NCBI GenBank assembly: GCA_002742885.1 | Contig: PDOO01000035.1 | Coordinates: forward strand, 1,211-65,210 | Reading direction: 5' to 3' | DNA length: 64,000 nucleotides | Source: Candidatus Cloacimonadota bacterium | GTDB lineage: Bacteria > Cloacimonadota > Cloacimonadia > Cloacimonadales > GCA-2742885 | Shown here: piece after piece, positions 28,610-38,603 of the stretch | How the letters are laid out: the number at the start of each line of letters is the position of its first letter | Numbering within the stretch: the first letter of the stretch is position 1 | Program-made: the position numbers and the translations under genes | The notes under the pieces: generated by a model | Told to the model about the DNA's origin: nothing | What the model saw: the letters and a program-made list of their open reading frames with translations, nothing else | Database searches by the model: none

Positions 28610-30835
28610 TTATTTACCGTTAAAGCAGTCAAATCCGGTAAGCCATTTGTTTTTTAAATCAGCAATAGATGCTTTTATATGATTATTTACAATCAGATTT
28701 TCTCCGCCGACTTTACCTATTTTTTCGCAATTAACATCATATTCTGAACAAATCTTTTCAATTTCCGGCAATGATTCCGCTTTTGCCGAAATAACTATTC
28801 TTCCGTGAGATTCTCCGAAAAGTTCATATTCTGGAAAACTCTTCATTTCAAAATAACATTCCGCTCCTATATGAGTTCCGTCTGCTTTAAGGCAAGATTC
28901 AAACAAAGTAACAGACAAACCGCCTTCCGAGCAGTCATGAGCGGATTTTATCAATCCTGCTTCGGCAAGTTTATAGAATGTTTTGTAAAGATAATGTTCT
29001 TTTTTAAGATCTGTTTTCGGCGGTTTTCCTTCATTTTGATTATAAATGAGTTTCAAATACTCAGAACCGTTTGCTGTTTTGCAACGATCGCCCAAGAGAA
29101 TAATCACATCTCCTTCGTCTTTAAAATCTTTGGTAATAATTTGCGAGCAGTCTTCAAGTACGCCGAGCATTCCTATAGTCGGAGTAGAATAAACAGCTCC
29201 TTCCGGGTTTTCATTATAAAAAGAAACGTTTCCTCCCGTAACAGGAGTATCAAATTCCCGGCAAGCATCGCTCATTCCCCTTATCACCTCTTTAAATGAC
29301 CAATAAACTTCAGGTTTATAAGGATTTCCGAAATTAAGACAATTACTTATCGCAACCGGTTTACCTCCGGAACAAACAATGTTTCTGGCAGCTTCGGCAA
29401 CTGCGCCTTTGGCTCCTTCGTAAGGATCAAGATATACGTGACGAGCATTGCAATCCACGGTAACGGCAACAGCTTTTCGAGTACCTTTTACCCTGATAAC
29501 GGCTGCATCGGAACCCGGTTCGACAACGGTATTTCCCTGCACCATGTGGTCATATTGTCTGTAAACGGAATGTTTACTCGCAATATTCGGAGAATTAAGC
29601 AATGTCATTAAATATTCGGTAAAATCTTTATTTTCTTCGGTATTATCCGGCACAAAATCGGGAATATCTCTTTTCAAGTATTCCGGCTTAACGTATCCTC
29701 TATCGTAAACAGGAGCATCTCCGCCCAAAACCAACATTCTTGCCGGCAAATCGGCTTTAACTTCACCGTTTTCTTTTACTCTCAATTTTCCGTCATCGGT
29801 TACCTCACCGATTTTTTCGGCATGGAGATCCCATTTTTCAAAAATTTTGTTTACTTCTGCAAAATTTTCGGGCGTAACAATCAAAAGCATTCTTTCTTGA
29901 GACTCGGAGAGCATGGTTTCATAAGCAGTCATTCCGGTTTCCCGTCTGGGAACTAAAGCAACGTCAAGTTCAATCCCGCATCCTGTTTTTCCTGCCATTT
30001 CAGAAGAAGAACAAGTCAGTCCGGCTGCTCCCATATCCTGAATGGCAACAATCAAACCCGCTTCAATGACTTCTAAAGTAGCTTCCAAAAGAAGTTTTTC
30101 CATGAAAGGATCGCCAACCTGAACAGCAGTTCTTTTTTCTTCCGATTCTTCAGTTAATTCAACCGAAGCAAAAGTCGCTCCGTGAATGCCGTCTCGCCCT
30201 GTTTTTGCTCCGACGTAAACAACGTAATTTCCGGGTCCGGAAGCTTTTGAAGTTGTCAAATTTTCATGTTTCAACAATCCGACCGCCATAGCGTTTACCA
30301 AAGGATTTCCTTCGTAACTGTCTTCACAATAAAGCTCTCCCCCGACGGTAGGGACTCCGAAACAATTTCCGTAATCGGCTATGCCGTGTACAACTTCTCT
30401 CATTAAATGCTTTACGCGCGGGGAATTCGGATTTCCGAAGCGAAGCGAGTTCAAAGCCGCAATCGGTCTTGCTCCCATGGTAAAAATATCGCGCAATATC
30501 CCGCCTACTCCTGTTGCTGCTCCGTGATACGGTTCAACCGCCGACGGATGATTATGACTTTCTATTTTAAAAGAGACAGCCAAACCTTCTCCGATGTCAA
30601 CTACTCCGGCATTTTCCTCGCCGGCTTTCGTCAAAAGAGCCGATCCCGTATTCGGTAAAGTTTTGAGATATTTAATTGAGTTTTTATAACTGGCATGTTC
30701 CGACCACATAACGGAAATAATGCCCAATTCCGTAAAAGTAGGTTCTCGTCCTATTGTATCAAGAACCTTTTGATATTCTTCTTCTGTTAAACCGTGTTCC
30801 TTTATCAATTCTTCGGTTATTTTGGGTTCCTGCAT
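28610..30835 (-). CDS. purL: Phosphoribosylformylglycinamidine synthase subunit PurL
   Basis: 741 aa. [11 protein letters not shown], duplicated AIR-synthase-like domains, and ...GGNVSFYNE. Confidence 0.95.
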   Translation of the reverse strand: MQEPKITEELIKEHGLTEEEYQKVLDTIGREPTFTELGIISVMWSEHASYKNSIKYLKTLPNTGSALLTKAGEENAGVVDIGEGLAVSFKIESHNHPSAVEPYHGAATGVGGILRDIFTMGARPIAALNSLRFGNPNSPRVKHLMREVVHGIADYGNCFGVPTVGGELYCEDSYEGNPLVNAMAVGLLKHENLTTSKASGPGNYVVYVGAKTGRDGIHGATFASVELTEESEEKRTAVQVGDPFMEKLLLEATLEVIEAGLIVAIQDMGAAGLTCSSSEMAGKTGCGIELDVALVPRRETGMTAYETMLSESQERMLLIVTPENFAEVNKIFEKWDLHAEKIGEVTDDGKLRVKENGEVKADLPARMLVLGGDAPVYDRGYVKPEYLKRDIPDFVPDNTEENKDFTEYLMTLLNSPNIASKHSVYRQYDHMVQGNTVVEPGSDAAVIRVKGTRKAVAVTVDCNARHVYLDPYEGAKGAVAEAARNIVCSGGKPVAISNCLNFGNPYKPEVYWSFKEVIRGMSDACREFDTPVTGGNVSFYNENPEGAVYSTPTIGMLGVLEDCSQIITKDFKDEGDVIILLGDRCKTANGSEYLKLIYNQNEGKPPKTDLKKEHYLYKTFYKLAEAGLIKSAHDCSEGGLSVTLFESCLKADGTHIGAECYFEMKSFPEYELFGESHGRIVISAKAESLPEIEKICSEYDVNCEKIGKVGGENLIVNNHIKASIADLKNKWLTGFDCFNGK

Positions 30836-30962
30836 GGTTCCTTCCTGTCTAAAATTATTATCTTAATTATTTTCTTGATTTTCCGGATAATTCATCGGCA
30901 AACCAAAATCAGCAATGCATAAATTACGTCAATTATTTGATTTAATTTAGGTTAAGCCGGGC

Positions 30963-32726
30963 TTATTTAATCAGCAGAAGTTTGGATACAGCTTGCGCAG
31001 CTCCTTGTTTTATACGGCAAAAGTAAATGCCGGAAGCAACAGCTTTTGAGCTTTCGGAAAGATTCCAGATAACTTCTCCGTCTCCTCTTCTGATATTTTT
31101 ATTAAGCAAAGATGCAACTTTTTGTCCTTTAACGTTATAAACGTTGATCTCGGTTTTCCCGGCTTTCGGTACGCTAAAAGCAATCTTTAAACATTTATTT
31201 CTGTCTGCTTGAGAAATAACAAACGGATTGGGATAATTTCTGATACTGACAGCAGGAGCAGACGGAATGTTGTTATCGTCGTTATAAGTTCCGAAATGAT
31301 CGTAAACTTTGCAGTCAATCATCCAATTAGCATCTATTCCGGCTCTTTCTTCCAAAGTAAACCAGCCTCCGTCTTTCAACCAGGCTCCGTTTTCTTCAAT
31401 TATTGGACCGTTGTCGTAATATCCTACGTTTCCGTCAGTTGTATGGATTCTGTATCCGACCCAATAATCTTTATCGGAATCAATCGTAACAGGAAATTCC
31501 GGATAATGCGTAATCATTTCTCCGGCTTCGTAACCAGTAACTTCTTTTTCGTAAATAATATCATCAGGCTCATCGGCTTCATATCCGGATTCATAAATTA
31601 AAACCGTCAAATCGGATATTTCGTAATCTGAAGGAGCCGGGAAATTTATTTCTCCTATAATTGCGGTTGAAGATGTTTCCCGGTGAAACCTGATTAAAGC
31701 ATCTAAAGTATGTTCATATTCGATTTGATAAATATCATTCTGTTCATTATGCCAATTAATTTCGGCAAGCAGTTCAGCAGGTTCCAATTCAATATCAAAC
31801 ACGTTGTTTTCGGGGGATACGCTTATCTCAGAAATTGTAAAATATTCATTATCCTTTACGCAATTCAATGAATAATCCCCTGACGGGACAAGAGGAAGCG
31901 AATAAAAACCGTTTGAATTATTTGCAACAGTTTGAAAGAATATATTATTGCCTGCTAACGAAACTGTACCTGATTCAGGAGAACCGTTATAACCGACAAT
32001 ACCGCTTATTCCGGTAAATCCGTTCAAATATTGAAGTACGGTACGAATTGTATGTTTAGCGGCATCTTCGCATTCTTCGAGAGGTAAAGAATTGTTTACA
32101 TGAATAAATCCGGCAGCGAGGCAAGGAGCTTCATCTCCTGAATCAGCATGAATACTTTGATACCACATGCCGTGATAAGCGAGATATTCGCACAGAAAAG
32201 CTCCGGGATTCCCATTTGCATCCACCCAGGCATTGATTGAAGTTTCGTTATCGACAACCTCTTCTATTTCATGCACCGGCAATGTGGAATGTCGTACAAA
32301 ATTAACGGGAGCAGTTGAATCGGGAGGATTGGGAGTCGGTTGATAGGGCAAGACGTAATCATTATACCAATTTGTCAAATTACGAGCATTGCATTCTATT
32401 TCCCACGGTCCGTTTCCCGCTCCGAAACTTATTATCGCAATAGGTTGCAATTCGGCGGTAATTTCCCAAAAATCGGCAGAAGTATTCTGATAATCTACTT
32501 CAAAATCTCCCTGATAAGTACCCGGTTCAGGAAAAAAAGAGTAAACGTCATAGCCGTAATCTTCCCAATTCTCGCCTATCCAACCGTTCGGGTTTAAATC
32601 CGGATCGGTTGAAAAAGGAGCAATCATTTGTCCGGTAGGATCCCAATATCCCGTAACCAAGATGTTGGGATTTGCAGATAAAAAGACCGCACTTGCAACG
32701 AAAAGACAAAATAAAAAAATTTTCAT
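30963..32726 (-). CDS. Secreted peptidase C15 (pyroglutamyl-peptidase)-like protein with a T9SS C-terminal sorting domain
   Basis: Signal peptide. ILVTGYWDP, FGAGNGPWEIECNARN (Glu), GAFLCEYLAY (Cys) and AAGFIHV (His) parallel the Pcp blocks LLTGFDPF, GQAGGR..ER.A.N, AGTFVCN and GGFIH. CTD: YPNPF...INVYNVKGQKV...SGIYFCRI...LLLIK. Confidence 0.6.
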   Translation of the reverse strand: MKIFLFCLFVASAVFLSANPNILVTGYWDPTGQMIAPFSTDPDLNPNGWIGENWEDYGYDVYSFFPEPGTYQGDFEVDYQNTSADFWEITAELQPIAIISFGAGNGPWEIECNARNLTNWYNDYVLPYQPTPNPPDSTAPVNFVRHSTLPVHEIEEVVDNETSINAWVDANGNPGAFLCEYLAYHGMWYQSIHADSGDEAPCLAAGFIHVNNSLPLEECEDAAKHTIRTVLQYLNGFTGISGIVGYNGSPESGTVSLAGNNIFFQTVANNSNGFYSLPLVPSGDYSLNCVKDNEYFTISEISVSPENNVFDIELEPAELLAEINWHNEQNDIYQIEYEHTLDALIRFHRETSSTAIIGEINFPAPSDYEISDLTVLIYESGYEADEPDDIIYEKEVTGYEAGEMITHYPEFPVTIDSDKDYWVGYRIHTTDGNVGYYDNGPIIEENGAWLKDGGWFTLEERAGIDANWMIDCKVYDHFGTYNDDNNIPSAPAVSIRNYPNPFVISQADRNKCLKIAFSVPKAGKTEINVYNVKGQKVASLLNKNIRRGDGEVIWNLSESSKAVASGIYFCRIKQGAAQAVSKLLLIK

Positions 32727-32864
32727 AATTTAACCTCTTTTTATTAATTATTCCGATTAATGCAAACGCATAATAAACGGGATTAAACAGGCTGTCATAA
32801 AGACAGCATATTAAGTATTTCGTCAAGTCGTATAAATAAAAATCCGGATTTGCTTAATTTTAGG

Positions 32865-32894
32865 CAAAAAAAACCGAGAAAATAATTTTCTCGG
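32865..32894 (-). terminator. Rho-independent terminator ending the porV-M6-paralog operon
   Basis: CCGAGAAAA (32874..32882) pairs with TTTTCTCGG (32886..32894). The A-run at 32866..32873 is a T-run on the minus strand. Confidence 0.8.
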
Positions 32895-32918
32895 AAAAAT
32901 TTATAAAAAAAGACATTA

Positions 32919-33584
32919 CTAAAATCTGTAACTTGCCGTTAAGCGAGGATTAAGTTTCCTGTCGAGGTTAAAAGAGACATCAATATCCGAATTTTGCCTT
33001 GATGTCAGCAAAGCATGAATGCCGGAAATAAGGTGATTAGCCAAAATAACACCGGTAATAACTTTTACGTTATCTTCGTAAAGACCTGAATCTTTACGAT
33101 AAATTTTGTATTCTCTTCTGTCTTCCTCGCTGTTCCAGTTCCAAGCAAACTCATCGGAATAAATATGCTCGTTTATATAAGCTTCTTTCTCCTCAGGACT
33201 TAAATGAGGATTGGAATCGGCTTTTAAAACGACAGATTCGTTATATCCGCCCGAAGTCATGCCGTAATGATCATATTGCGCAATATCTTTAAAAAACTTT
33301 TCATCGTAATTTCCCGGTTTTATATGTGCATTTGCTATGGCGCAGTGATAAGCTTTATCACTCATAATATCAGCTTCCTCGCTGCAATAATAATAACTTG
33401 AGACCAATAAAATTTCGGAAAGGATAAAAGCATATCCCGTATTATTATCATTAGCCAATTGTCCCCAACCGGGGAAAATAAGAGATTGCATTACTCGCCT
33501 GCGAGCATTATTTTCTCCAAATACTGAAACGAAAAGGAAAAAAAATATAAGTCCAATTATTATTTTTTTAGAATTTATACTCAT
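32919..33584 (-). CDS. Exported PG-x-GQ-motif protein, paralog 3 (DUF5683-like, tentative)
   Basis: Signal peptide. LIFPGWGQLANDNN followed by a hydrophobic helix, FAWNWNSEEDRREYKIYR, ANHLISGIHALL, and a C-terminal ...LTASYRF (terminal Phe). Confidence 0.65.
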   Translation of the reverse strand: MSINSKKIIIGLIFFFLFVSVFGENNARRRVMQSLIFPGWGQLANDNNTGYAFILSEILLVSSYYYCSEEADIMSDKAYHCAIANAHIKPGNYDEKFFKDIAQYDHYGMTSGGYNESVVLKADSNPHLSPEEKEAYINEHIYSDEFAWNWNSEEDRREYKIYRKDSGLYEDNVKVITGVILANHLISGIHALLTSRQNSDIDVSFNLDRKLNPRLTASYRF

Positions 33585-34233
33585 AAGACAACCTCAAACA
33601 CTCATTTTTAAAATCGGGAGCAACCGAAAGATTTGTATTGTCTGCATTAACCGAAACGATGAAAACGTCAATAAAACTGATAAGTCGATTTATCAGAGCA
33701 GCGCTAAAAGCAAAACTGACCCTCATTTCAAAATTCTGATTTCTTTGACGCAAAACCCGGTAATGTCGCCAAGCCTCATGGCTTTCCCAATGCCACTCGT
33801 TACCTTCGTAATGTTTAAGCATTGCATCAAGCTGAATTTCATATTCAGCCGGATCTTCTTTGTATAAAATCCAATAATTGCGAAGAGCCTGAATATTTTC
33901 GTCAATTACCGATTCGCTGCTGAAAGCTTTATGCATATCAGAATAAAAATCATCATTATTTCCGGTATATCCGGCAAAATCACGAGCATATCTTTTGTAG
34001 CTGTCTTCCGCCATTTGCTCTTCATTACTGAATTTTAACCAACTCAACCAAACAGCTGCTTCCGCAGCAATAAAAACAGCGGCTCGGGTTTTATTCCCGT
34101 TAAGATATTCTCCGGTTCCCGGTAAAATTGCCGAAAGAAAGGCTTTGCGAAAAGTTGATTTTTCCAAAGCGGATAAAACAAAAACCGAACTCAGCAAAAT
34201 CAGGACAAATATTTTTTTCATTAAAAACCTCAA
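33568..34233 (-). CDS. Exported PG-x-GE-motif protein, paralog 2 (DUF5683-like, tentative)
   Basis: Signal peptide. AILPGTGEYLNGNK, WHWESHEAWRHYRVLR, INRLISFIDVF, and a C-terminal ...LSYEYKF. It overlaps both neighbouring genes. Confidence 0.65.
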   Translation of the reverse strand: MRFLMKKIFVLILLSSVFVLSALEKSTFRKAFLSAILPGTGEYLNGNKTRAAVFIAAEAAVWLSWLKFSNEEQMAEDSYKRYARDFAGYTGNNDDFYSDMHKAFSSESVIDENIQALRNYWILYKEDPAEYEIQLDAMLKHYEGNEWHWESHEAWRHYRVLRQRNQNFEMRVSFAFSAALINRLISFIDVFIVSVNADNTNLSVAPDFKNECLRLSYEYKF

Positions 34234-35240
34234 AATTTTGCCGAAACAGTAAACATCGGAACTAATTTAGAGTTATAAATTCTTGTATCCAATCCTATCT
34301 TGGGAAGATTTACCTCCAAGCGGTTTTGATTGTATTTTTTGGTAACGCGCAAAGCGTCAAAAGCGCTTACGGCGTGGTTAAGCAAAATACCGAATTGACA
34401 CCAGTCTGCATTTGAGTAATAATCTTCTGCTTTGGCGCGCATTTTGTTATATTCTGCTCTCATTGCCGAATACGGCGTTTCGTAATCAGAGGAAGATCCG
34501 TCATTGGGAATATTACCGACCCATGCATAGGAATTGTCTTCTTTTTGTACCGTTTGCCAATTAAATCCGGAACCGTTGTAATAACGGTTAAACCAGTCGT
34601 GCCAACCGAAAACATATTTATTGTATTTTCCTATATCTTCGTAAAAGTGCTGAGTATTGGTATCATCCAAGCTGAAAGGCAAAATATCTTCGTATTCATC
34701 CAAAAGATTATCTTTGGCAAATTTATAAAGACCTCTGCTGTAACGAGTTGTTGAAACACCTTGTTCTTTAAACTCAATAAGTTGGGTATCAGAGTTATAA
34801 TAATAACCGGCTCCGGATATAACCTCGCCGTTGGCGAAATTTTCGTACTTTTCGGTTTCATCATCGCCTTTTTTATTGTAATTGTAACTCATAGTCCACA
34901 AAGCGATTTCGACAACCGGATAAATGTAGGTCATAAAATATGATTTATCAACATAAAATTGACCGGCTCCCGGGAACAAAGCAGACAAAGCAACGGCTCG
35001 AAGAGCATTTTTTTTATTGTATTTTTGTTCAACGATTTTAACTTCTTTCCGAACCTCGGTATTTAAAGGTCCGTCAAGCGGATCAGCTTTTATTTCCTTT
35101 TTTTCTTTTGTTATCAAGGGTTCGTTCAAAGGGTCAGCCTGAATTTTAGGTTCCTCTTTTGTTTTCAGAGGTTCATCCAAAGGATCGGCAAACAGCGAAA
35201 AACTGAATAATGTTACGACAATAAGTGCAATAAATCTCAT
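34230..35240 (-). CDS. Exported PG-x-GQ-motif protein, paralog 1, with an N-terminal 3 x 17-aa repeat (DUF5683-like, tentative)
   Basis: Signal peptide. ADPL(D/N)(E/G)PL repeats, ALFPGAGQFYVDKS, FGWHDWFNRYY, LNHAVSAFDAL, and a C-terminal ...FTVSAKF. Confidence 0.65.
   Translation of the reverse strand: MRFIALIVVTLFSFSLFADPLDEPLKTKEEPKIQADPLNEPLITKEKKEIKADPLDGPLNTEVRKEVKIVEQKYNKKNALRAVALSALFPGAGQFYVDKSYFMTYIYPVVEIALWTMSYNYNKKGDDETEKYENFANGEVISGAGYYYNSDTQLIEFKEQGVSTTRYSRGLYKFAKDNLLDEYEDILPFSLDDTNTQHFYEDIGKYNKYVFGWHDWFNRYYNGSGFNWQTVQKEDNSYAWVGNIPNDGSSSDYETPYSAMRAEYNKMRAKAEDYYSNADWCQFGILLNHAVSAFDALRVTKKYNQNRLEVNLPKIGLDTRIYNSKLVPMFTVSAKF
35037..35189 (-). repeat. Three tandem 51-nt (17-aa) in-frame repeats
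   Basis: The repeats encode ADPLDEPLKTKEEPKIQ / ADPLNEPLITKEKKEIK / ADPLDGPLNTEVRKEVK. The DNA-level periodicity is visible (GCYGAYCC.YT.RAYGRACC...). Confidence 0.85.
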
Positions 35241-35249
35241 TTCTACTCC

Positions 35250-38200
35250 TTATTTTTCTACGGCAACGGGAATTTTTTTGGATTTGTTACCTGATTTTAT
35301 AAGACCGAAATAAACGCCGGATGCAAAATCCGAGAAGTCAATTTCAAGATCCTGTTGATTACGTATATAAGCGTATTTTTTTTCAAAAACTTTATTTCCG
35401 GCAATATCGTAAATCTTAACGTCTATGTCGGCATCATGTCCGTAAACCCTTAATCTTCCAATATCAGAATTAATCGGATGCGGGAATACGTAAGCTTGAA
35501 ATTCTTCATTTTCAGGCTGAGTTTCATCAGTATCGCAAATAAATAATCCTGTTCCGTTATTTCTGAAACCGGACCATATTACGGGATTTTTACCTAAGAA
35601 TTTCTGAGCAATTTTTACACGGTATTTTTCTGAGGAATTTTCCGTAATGTTAATTGATTTTTCAACGTACAGAAAATTCAAAGAATTGCTTTCATCACTG
35701 TAAAAAAGGTTATAATTGGAATTTAAGGTCGGGAAAGCGTAAGAATAATCCGCTCGATAATTTCCGAACCCGTCATAAGCCAAATAACCGTTGTTTTGAG
35801 TAGGGAAAACCATCAATCGGGTAATCAATCCGTCTTCTGAATCTTCTATATTTAAGATATAGGGATATCCTCCCGGTTTCAGCTGATGAAATTCCGCAAG
35901 TTTCGGAAATCCTGTTTTTAACGAGCCGTCGGTTCTGACGGCATATATTTTGTTATTTATACCGAAAATTAAATACGGCGCATTGGTATCATCCGTATAA
36001 CCGGCAGCAAGTTGCGTCGGCAGAAAATCAGTATCTTCCTGAACCGTAAAAATCGGTTCTGCCGATTTATCGCAAATTTTTATCAATCTTCCGGAACTGT
36101 CGAACAAAAACCAATTCAGTTTATCCTTTTTCACATTGAAAATTCCGACGGGATCTCCGCTTTGATAAGCAAAATTTTCCTGCACGGCATAAAGTTTATT
36201 TTCTCCGAAACTGTAAACGGAAATATTTTTGCCGACAAGAAGCAATTCGTCTTTCGGCTCGGAATAAGCAGCATTTTCATAAACCTCATTAATTTTTTCG
36301 GTTTCCGATGTTGCAAAATTATGAATGTAAGTTGCGAGATCAGTCAAAACAACAGCATACCGCATATTTTGAAAATAAAGAATCAAAGGTTCGCAAACAA
36401 TTGATTCGTTTTCGGCAAATTCTCCGAGATTAATTTCCTCGTAAGTATAAAGGTCTTCCGTAATATAAACTTTGTTTTCCGAAACAACCGTTTGACCGAA
36501 AAGTCCGGTATTAGGATTTTTAATTTTAACGGGTCTGAATTCATAATTGAGTTTTGTCGGCACAGCCGGTTCAAGAAAATCGTATTGATCATTTTTCGGA
36601 TTTCTTTCATAAACAAAAGAAGAATCATTGCGAAAAACAGTAAACATTGCCTCTTGCCATTCCGAGAAAGGAGCATTGAATTTCGCAATTTCTCCTATCT
36701 GAACAGGTTCCTCAGATTCGATTACGACTTGAGATTTATCATAACTGTTTTGTCGCAGCCTGAAAGAAATTTTTTCGGCAGGGTTATGATAATCGTCGTA
36801 ATTAGCAGAATAAAAATCGCTGAATTCAAATCCGGAAGGCTCATGATTATAAGTTTCCAGAGCGGGTTTCGTAACAGCCGACAATTTTAAGGTATGAATC
36901 TTTTTCAAACGGGCTTTAAAAAGAGAATCCGGATCAAGTTCGGCAAAAGAAGCAGTATCCGATGCGGTGTACCAGCGTTCAAATTTATTATATTCGTTAA
37001 ATTCAGGTTTGAACGGGAAAATATATTCATAAGGCGATCCTGACCAAACATAAGAATTAGGATTTCCTATATCGAAATATCCGTCACCCTCGATTATTTC
37101 CACTCCTTTACGATAAAAATTCGTATTTACCCGGTTACTTTCAAAGTTGGATTGCCAGCTGCCGTCGGCATACGAAATTCCTTTTTCAAACATTTCGTAA
37201 TTATCTGCTTTCCAAAACAGCAATCCTCCGCCTACGGCATAACCGTCTTTGGAAATCCAACCCGGCAAATTATAATCATATTCGTGATTGGGACTGTTAT
37301 CGCTGCCCAAATAAGACGGATACATAATTACCCTGTGATCAAGTCCTCCGACCAGCGAAGAACCGCCGTCGCCGTCAGGATCGGTTTCACGATTTTCAAT
37401 CAGAACATATTCATATTCGGACAAAGGAAATTTTACGATATAAGCCTGCTGAGAACCGATTGTTTCAACCATATTGGAATTAGTTAAAATTTCAATAGGT
37501 TGATCAAGATCGAACTCCGAGTAATCTTTGAGAATTCCTCTTGCTCTGAATTCATCTTCCCAAACCAAAGCTTTTGACCAAGCTCCGGGCTGAGCGGGCA
37601 ATCCGCCTTCCACGCCGTAGATTTTGTCTGCTTCATCCATAGTGAAAACCTGATTTCCGTCGGCATCAACAGGATAAGAAAGCAAACTTTGACCGCCGCT
37701 GTCCATTATATCGAAATAACCGACAGAGGGAGTATTTTTGCGCGTATTGTAGAGATCGACAAAACCGAGAGAATGACCGAATTCATGAGCCATAACGGCG
37801 TTAATCAAACCTGCTCCGCTGACAATTTCAATGCCGTCTTCATTTTTCTTGGAAGTTACGTCCTGGGTTATCATTTCAGGGATATTACAGAGATAAGAAA
37901 CCTTGGTTTGACCGTCATCCACCGTAACTTCTTTTCCGCTTCCCATTTTTATAAAGAAAGACGGAATATCTGACGGAGAATCGGATTTTACGTCGTGCTG
38001 ATACTCTGATCCGGCATGAATTACCATGAAGTGATCGTAATCGGCAAATACAACGCTTGAATCTTTGTCAACCGTCTGAAATATATCTCTGAAATATTGT
38101 TCAAAACGGGCAACCGTCAAATCAGGATCAAGCGAAGGATCGTGATAATAGCTCATTTTATGAGGCAGTTTATAATAAGTTCCGTTTTTCTTGGGATAAA

Positions 38201-38603
38201 TCTCAAAATCAAACTCATATTCCCCCCAAGTTACGGATTTATAATATTGCTGCAAGCCTTGAGCATGAAAATCATAAAAAATCTGATCATGGGGAGGAGA
38301 ACCGAGATGAATAGGATAAGGATCTCCTTCTTTAAGGAAAAGACCTCGTCCCGTAGTCTTCGGGTCATCAACGATTTCTTCCTGAAACTCAACCAGCATG
38401 ATCAATAATTTATCCTTGCCGTCTCTAGTTTTCAGTTCATTTCTGTCTCTTGCTCCGCCCAATACTTTTTGGACATAACTAACCTTATGCTCTTTCAACT
38501 TATGATCAAGCTGTTTATTCAGGAAAAGTTTATCCGAATCAGCAAAAAGCAATGATGAGATCAGTAAAAATCCCCATAAGATTATTTTATAATTTTTAAG
38601 CAT
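35250..38603 (-). CDS. Giant secreted M6 (immune inhibitor A-like) metalloprotease-domain protein with a divergent T9SS C-terminal sorting domain
   Basis: 1117 aa with a signal peptide. Zinc motif VMAHEFGHSLGFVDLY followed by FDIMDSGG. CTD-like end: FPHPINS...VKIYDIAGNKV...SGVYFGLIK. Its start overlaps the porV stop by 1 nt. Confidence 0.75.
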   Translation of the reverse strand: MLKNYKIILWGFLLISSLLFADSDKLFLNKQLDHKLKEHKVSYVQKVLGGARDRNELKTRDGKDKLLIMLVEFQEEIVDDPKTTGRGLFLKEGDPYPIHLGSPPHDQIFYDFHAQGLQQYYKSVTWGEYEFDFEIYPKKNGTYYKLPHKMSYYHDPSLDPDLTVARFEQYFRDIFQTVDKDSSVVFADYDHFMVIHAGSEYQHDVKSDSPSDIPSFFIKMGSGKEVTVDDGQTKVSYLCNIPEMITQDVTSKKNEDGIEIVSGAGLINAVMAHEFGHSLGFVDLYNTRKNTPSVGYFDIMDSGGQSLLSYPVDADGNQVFTMDEADKIYGVEGGLPAQPGAWSKALVWEDEFRARGILKDYSEFDLDQPIEILTNSNMVETIGSQQAYIVKFPLSEYEYVLIENRETDPDGDGGSSLVGGLDHRVIMYPSYLGSDNSPNHEYDYNLPGWISKDGYAVGGGLLFWKADNYEMFEKGISYADGSWQSNFESNRVNTNFYRKGVEIIEGDGYFDIGNPNSYVWSGSPYEYIFPFKPEFNEYNKFERWYTASDTASFAELDPDSLFKARLKKIHTLKLSAVTKPALETYNHEPSGFEFSDFYSANYDDYHNPAEKISFRLRQNSYDKSQVVIESEEPVQIGEIAKFNAPFSEWQEAMFTVFRNDSSFVYERNPKNDQYDFLEPAVPTKLNYEFRPVKIKNPNTGLFGQTVVSENKVYITEDLYTYEEINLGEFAENESIVCEPLILYFQNMRYAVVLTDLATYIHNFATSETEKINEVYENAAYSEPKDELLLVGKNISVYSFGENKLYAVQENFAYQSGDPVGIFNVKKDKLNWFLFDSSGRLIKICDKSAEPIFTVQEDTDFLPTQLAAGYTDDTNAPYLIFGINNKIYAVRTDGSLKTGFPKLAEFHQLKPGGYPYILNIEDSEDGLITRLMVFPTQNNGYLAYDGFGNYRADYSYAFPTLNSNYNLFYSDESNSLNFLYVEKSINITENSSEKYRVKIAQKFLGKNPVIWSGFRNNGTGLFICDTDETQPENEEFQAYVFPHPINSDIGRLRVYGHDADIDVKIYDIAGNKVFEKKYAYIRNQQDLEIDFSDFASGVYFGLIKSGNKSKKIPVAVEK

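Noticed and set aside
30836-30962. Possible purine or ZTP riboswitch upstream of purL
   Set aside because: There is no three-way-junction core (UAUA...CCGGG...) and no ZTP GGGUCG...CCGCCUGGG elements. The region is simply AT-rich with a TTGACG box.
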